Assembly (NCBI GenBank): GCA_025558095.1
Contig: JAIVFI010000038.1
Coordinates: 186,001-250,000, forward strand
Direction of reading: 5' to 3'
DNA from: Hyaloraphidium curvatum SAG 235-1
Taxonomy: Eukaryota; Fungi; Monoblepharomycota
DNA: 64,000 bases
Positions within the stretch are counted from its first letter, which is position 1. The number at the start of each line of letters is the position of its first letter. Shown piece after piece: positions 61,117-64,000 of this stretch. The translations under genes were made by a program, and so were the position numbers. Under the pieces are notes generated by a model, which saw nothing but the letters and a program-made list of their open reading frames with translations, did not search any database and had not been told where the DNA came from.

Positions 61117-61668
61117 ATGCAGCGGGCCCCGCACCCCGCGTGGCTCCGTTCGGAGCGTGTCGAGCGGGCGGCGCTGGAAAAGGCGTTTGCGCCTGTGGAG
61201 CTCGCGGAGCGGACGCGGCTGGACCGCATCCTGGAGGCGCGGCTGCGCGTGCGCGGCGCCCCACCCGACGCCGCATCCGACCCCGCCCTCCAGCCTGCCG
61301 CGGACGGCTCCCGCCGGTCGAGTTTCCCTCTTTTCCACGGTCTCGGCCCCATCGATGTCAGCGCCGCGGATCCGGAGCTGGGCCGCGACGGGAGGCAGGG
61401 CCGCCGGGACGAGGCCTGGGAGGTGGACGAGGCTACAGAGGCCCGGCGCAAGCTCGAGTTCGAGAGCATCGCCGTGACCGGCTGGGACATCGTGGCCGCG
61501 TCGTCGGACCCCTGGGCCGGAAGCTACCGCGCGCGCGTGGTCGTCGTGCCGGCCAAGGCACCGCGCGCCAAGCGTCGCCAGCGTCCCCGGCAAAGGACCA
61601 GGCGCGCTGCCAAGCTGCAGCGCGCTAGAGGGACCTCGTTGCAGTTCAAGCGGGGCCGCGGGCGTTGA
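61117..61668 (+). CDS. Small basic-tailed protein, possibly DUF2011-like
   Basis: Coding-like ORF with FPLF and [16 protein letters not shown] motifs and an Arg/Lys-rich C-terminus; start could lie upstream (ATG 60882 plus intron). Confidence 0.5.
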   Translation: MQRAPHPAWLRSERVERAALEKAFAPVELAERTRLDRILEARLRVRGAPPDAASDPALQPAADGSRRSSFPLFHGLGPIDVSAADPELGRDGRQGRRDEAWEVDEATEARRKLEFESIAVTGWDIVAASSDPWAGSYRARVVVVPAKAPRAKRRQRPRQRTRRAAKLQRARGTSLQFKRGRGR

Positions 61669-61733
61669 GGCTCTCAATGGCTTGACGCACACGACGTACA
61701 ACTCTGTCAACGCGCCTCGCAACAGCAGTCAGT

Positions 61734-63002
61734 TCACGCCGACGCAGGCTGACGTCCAGGCGTCGCCGGCTGCGTTGCGCTCCGCGACGACGATCCCCTC
61801 GACAGCGCGAGCATGAGCGACTGTATCAGGGACCTCCTCCTCAGCGAAACGACGTTGCTGACGGGCGACATCGCCAGCGAGCGCGTGCCGTGGCTCCCCG
61901 TGGACGGCTCGGAACCCTCGGAGAAGCAATCGGCGTCCTGCTGCACCGCTTCGTCCAGGAACGATGCGCCCGAGGTGGCGGTCGCCACGTCGACAGGGGG
62001 TCCGGGATCGATCGCCAGGTGGTCCTGCTGGAACCTGCTTTCGGGATCCACGGTCGTCTGCGTTTGCGTGGTCGAAGAGAGCCAGCTGTGCGGTCTCTCG
62101 GCCTCGGGCGGCACGGAGCGCGACCTGTACCTCCCGACGGCGGGCTCGCGCGGGGTGGGCGGGCCGCCGCGGTCCGAAGACTGCTGGCGCTGTCGCGAAC
62201 CCGGCATGGAAGGTGGCCTCGTCATGTCCGCTCCGTTGGCCGTATGGGATGTTCGGCGAGCGCATCCCGCAGGTTCATGTGCTTGCGGCGGGCGCCGGGG
62301 AGCGGCGTGGCTGGTCGACGGTCTCTTCGGAGGCCGCGGACGTTTCCGTGCGGAAACGGACAGTCTGGCGAGCATGTCTCCGAGATACGTCTCCGCATAG
62401 AGCGGTCGCTGGGGCAGATGGCGGAATCATGATCCTGCTCGAGTTTTCCGCGAGAAAGGTCAGAACCGACCGACCTTGCTGTTCGTGGGAAGCTTGCCGA
62501 TCTTCCGAGATGCCCTTGCTCGTCTTTCTTGCTCCTCCGTTATCTGCCGCCGGAGTTTGGCACCGTCCCGCATGCCGGAGGGGCGTAGCCTCACCTCGCG
62601 AACGAGCGCCGCGCTCTCCACCTCGGTCCGCTTCCGCGCCGCCTCATCCTTCCGATCCAGCGCCAGCTCCCGCTCGAGGTAGTCCCGCGAGCTCACGACG
62701 TTGTCCGCCGAGTCGATCTGCCCGGAATTGCACTCAGAATTGCGAGACGCAACCGGGAAAGGCCCGACCCACGAAGCCCTGCCGCCTCAGGTGCCTCCTC
62801 GTGACCGGCGAGCTGAAAAAGTCCTGCAAGATGATGATGCTTTACATCCACGCTCGTGGCCCTTCTCCTTGCGTGCAGCTACCGTGAGGCCAGCATCCGC
62901 GAGCGCATCGTAGCTGTCGGCTGAGCGGCTGCGGGCCAGTCTCTTCAGGTTCCCGTCGTAGATGAGCTCCCTGCGGCGGATGTCCCGATCTCGGGCATCC
63001 AT
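61734..63002 (-). CDS. Protein with ERICH3/FSIP2-like N-terminal motif and coiled coil
   Basis: Spliced YDALADAGLT|DFFSSPVTRRHLRRQGF|IDSADNVVSSRDY resembles the ERICH3-type motif YNSLxDxHLxxYFxxxxIRRHLxxxGLITxxGxIxSxxEY (from recall). Confidence 0.5.
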
Positions 63003-63190
63003 GAGGCCGTTGCCGGGGTCTTCCAAGGCGGAGGCGTTTGGCTCGATGGACCTCAGTTTCACCGCCCGAGTTGGGCTGGCGGCGTCGGCCCACTCCCGAC
63101 CGCCACCCACCTCGTTCCCGTCCCCTGGCCAGGCTCTGCAGAGCCTTTCAAGGACATTAGGACCTTCGCCGCCTGCTGCAGCTCGCCGCG

Positions 63191-64000
63191 ATGGCCAGCA
63201 CGCTCGTGGACTCGCTGCTGCACCCCGTCGAGCTCGTCTCGCTCGTGCGCTTCCTGCTCTCGCCCGACCCCGCGGCCGGGTACAGCAAGGAGCCCAAGGA
63301 CGAGGCCGACACCTACGCCTGGTGCTACTATTTCCTGAACATGACCTCGCGCTCGTTCGCGCGGGTGATCCAGACCCTGAACGAGGAGCTGCGGCACCCG
63401 GTCTGCATCTTCTACCTCGTCCTGCGCGGGCTCGACACCGTCGAGGACGACATGACGCTGGACCTGCCCCGGAAAGTGGAGATTCTGGGCTCCTTCCACA
63501 AGCTCATCTACCAGAAGGGATGGACGTTCGATGAGAACGGGCCGAACGAGAAGGACCGCATGCTCCTCGTCCGCTTCGACACCGTCATTACCGAGTTCCT
63601 GAAGCTCGATGCAAAGTGAGCTTCGGGCGCTGTAGCTGCGCCTGGCAGGAGCATCCGTGCTAACGCAACTGCTTCCAGATACCAGACCGTCATTGCCGAC
63701 ATCTGCCAGCGGATGGCCAAGGGGATGATCGACTTTGTCAGCGGCAAGACGGTCGAGACTCTGGACGACTACAACCTCTACACGCACTACGTAGCGGGGC
63801 TGGTCGGGCTCGGCCTGACGGACCTCTTTCTCGCCAGCAATCTGGAGCCGGACCTCGCGGCCCTCAGCGAGGTTGGTTCGCGCCTCTGGGCTGTCAGAAG
63901 TGCTCGCTAACTTGCTCTGAAGGAACATCGGTACCGGCTGGCAAACTCGATGGGCCTGTTCCTGCAAAAGGTCAACATCACGCGCGACTTCACGGAGGAC
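63191..64000 (+). CDS. ERG9: Squalene synthase (3' end runs off the window)
   Basis: [61 protein letters not shown]. Confidence 0.96.

Overview
Compact, GC-rich, intron-dense eukaryotic DNA (most introns about 40-90 nt; donors like GTGCGT/GTGAGT/GTGGGT, CTRAY-like branch points). The proteins are fungal-type, and the window also holds an axonemal dynein heavy chain, which points to a zoosporic early-diverging fungus (chytrid/monoblepharid-like; species cannot be determined here). I reconstructed about 29 protein-coding genes by manual splicing: FBA (partial), L-LDH, DPM3, GSH1, UBA3, outer-arm dynein HC, NDC80, ERV46, TMA20/MCTS1, C1D/LRP1, FAP7/AK6, a TM+SH3 protein, FAR11/STRIP, URB2-like, class II DAHP synthase, NAB2/ZC3H14, DPM1, an unknown disordered protein, an MT-A70 (MTA9/AMT6-7-like) protein, PKA catalytic subunit, XRCC2-like, ERG25-like, AFG2, an SDR, an SGNH hydrolase, a Cys-rich membrane protein, ATP15, RPL16, a DUF2011-like protein, an ERICH3-like protein and ERG9 (partial). 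Genes are mostly packed as tight head-to-head and tail-to-tail pairs. The most notable observations: (1) a nested [D1,2] spliceosomal twin intron (stwintron) in LDH, where one-step splicing would create an immediate stop codon; (2) a roughly 13 kb CpG-depleted domain confined to the interior of the intact dynein gene, including a 9 kb exon; (3) a candidate subunit of the DNA 6mA methyltransferase complex; (4) four GC-AG introns and an intron-split start codon. I saw no tRNA, rRNA, CRISPR array or transposon. All exon boundaries are manual predictions without transcript evidence.
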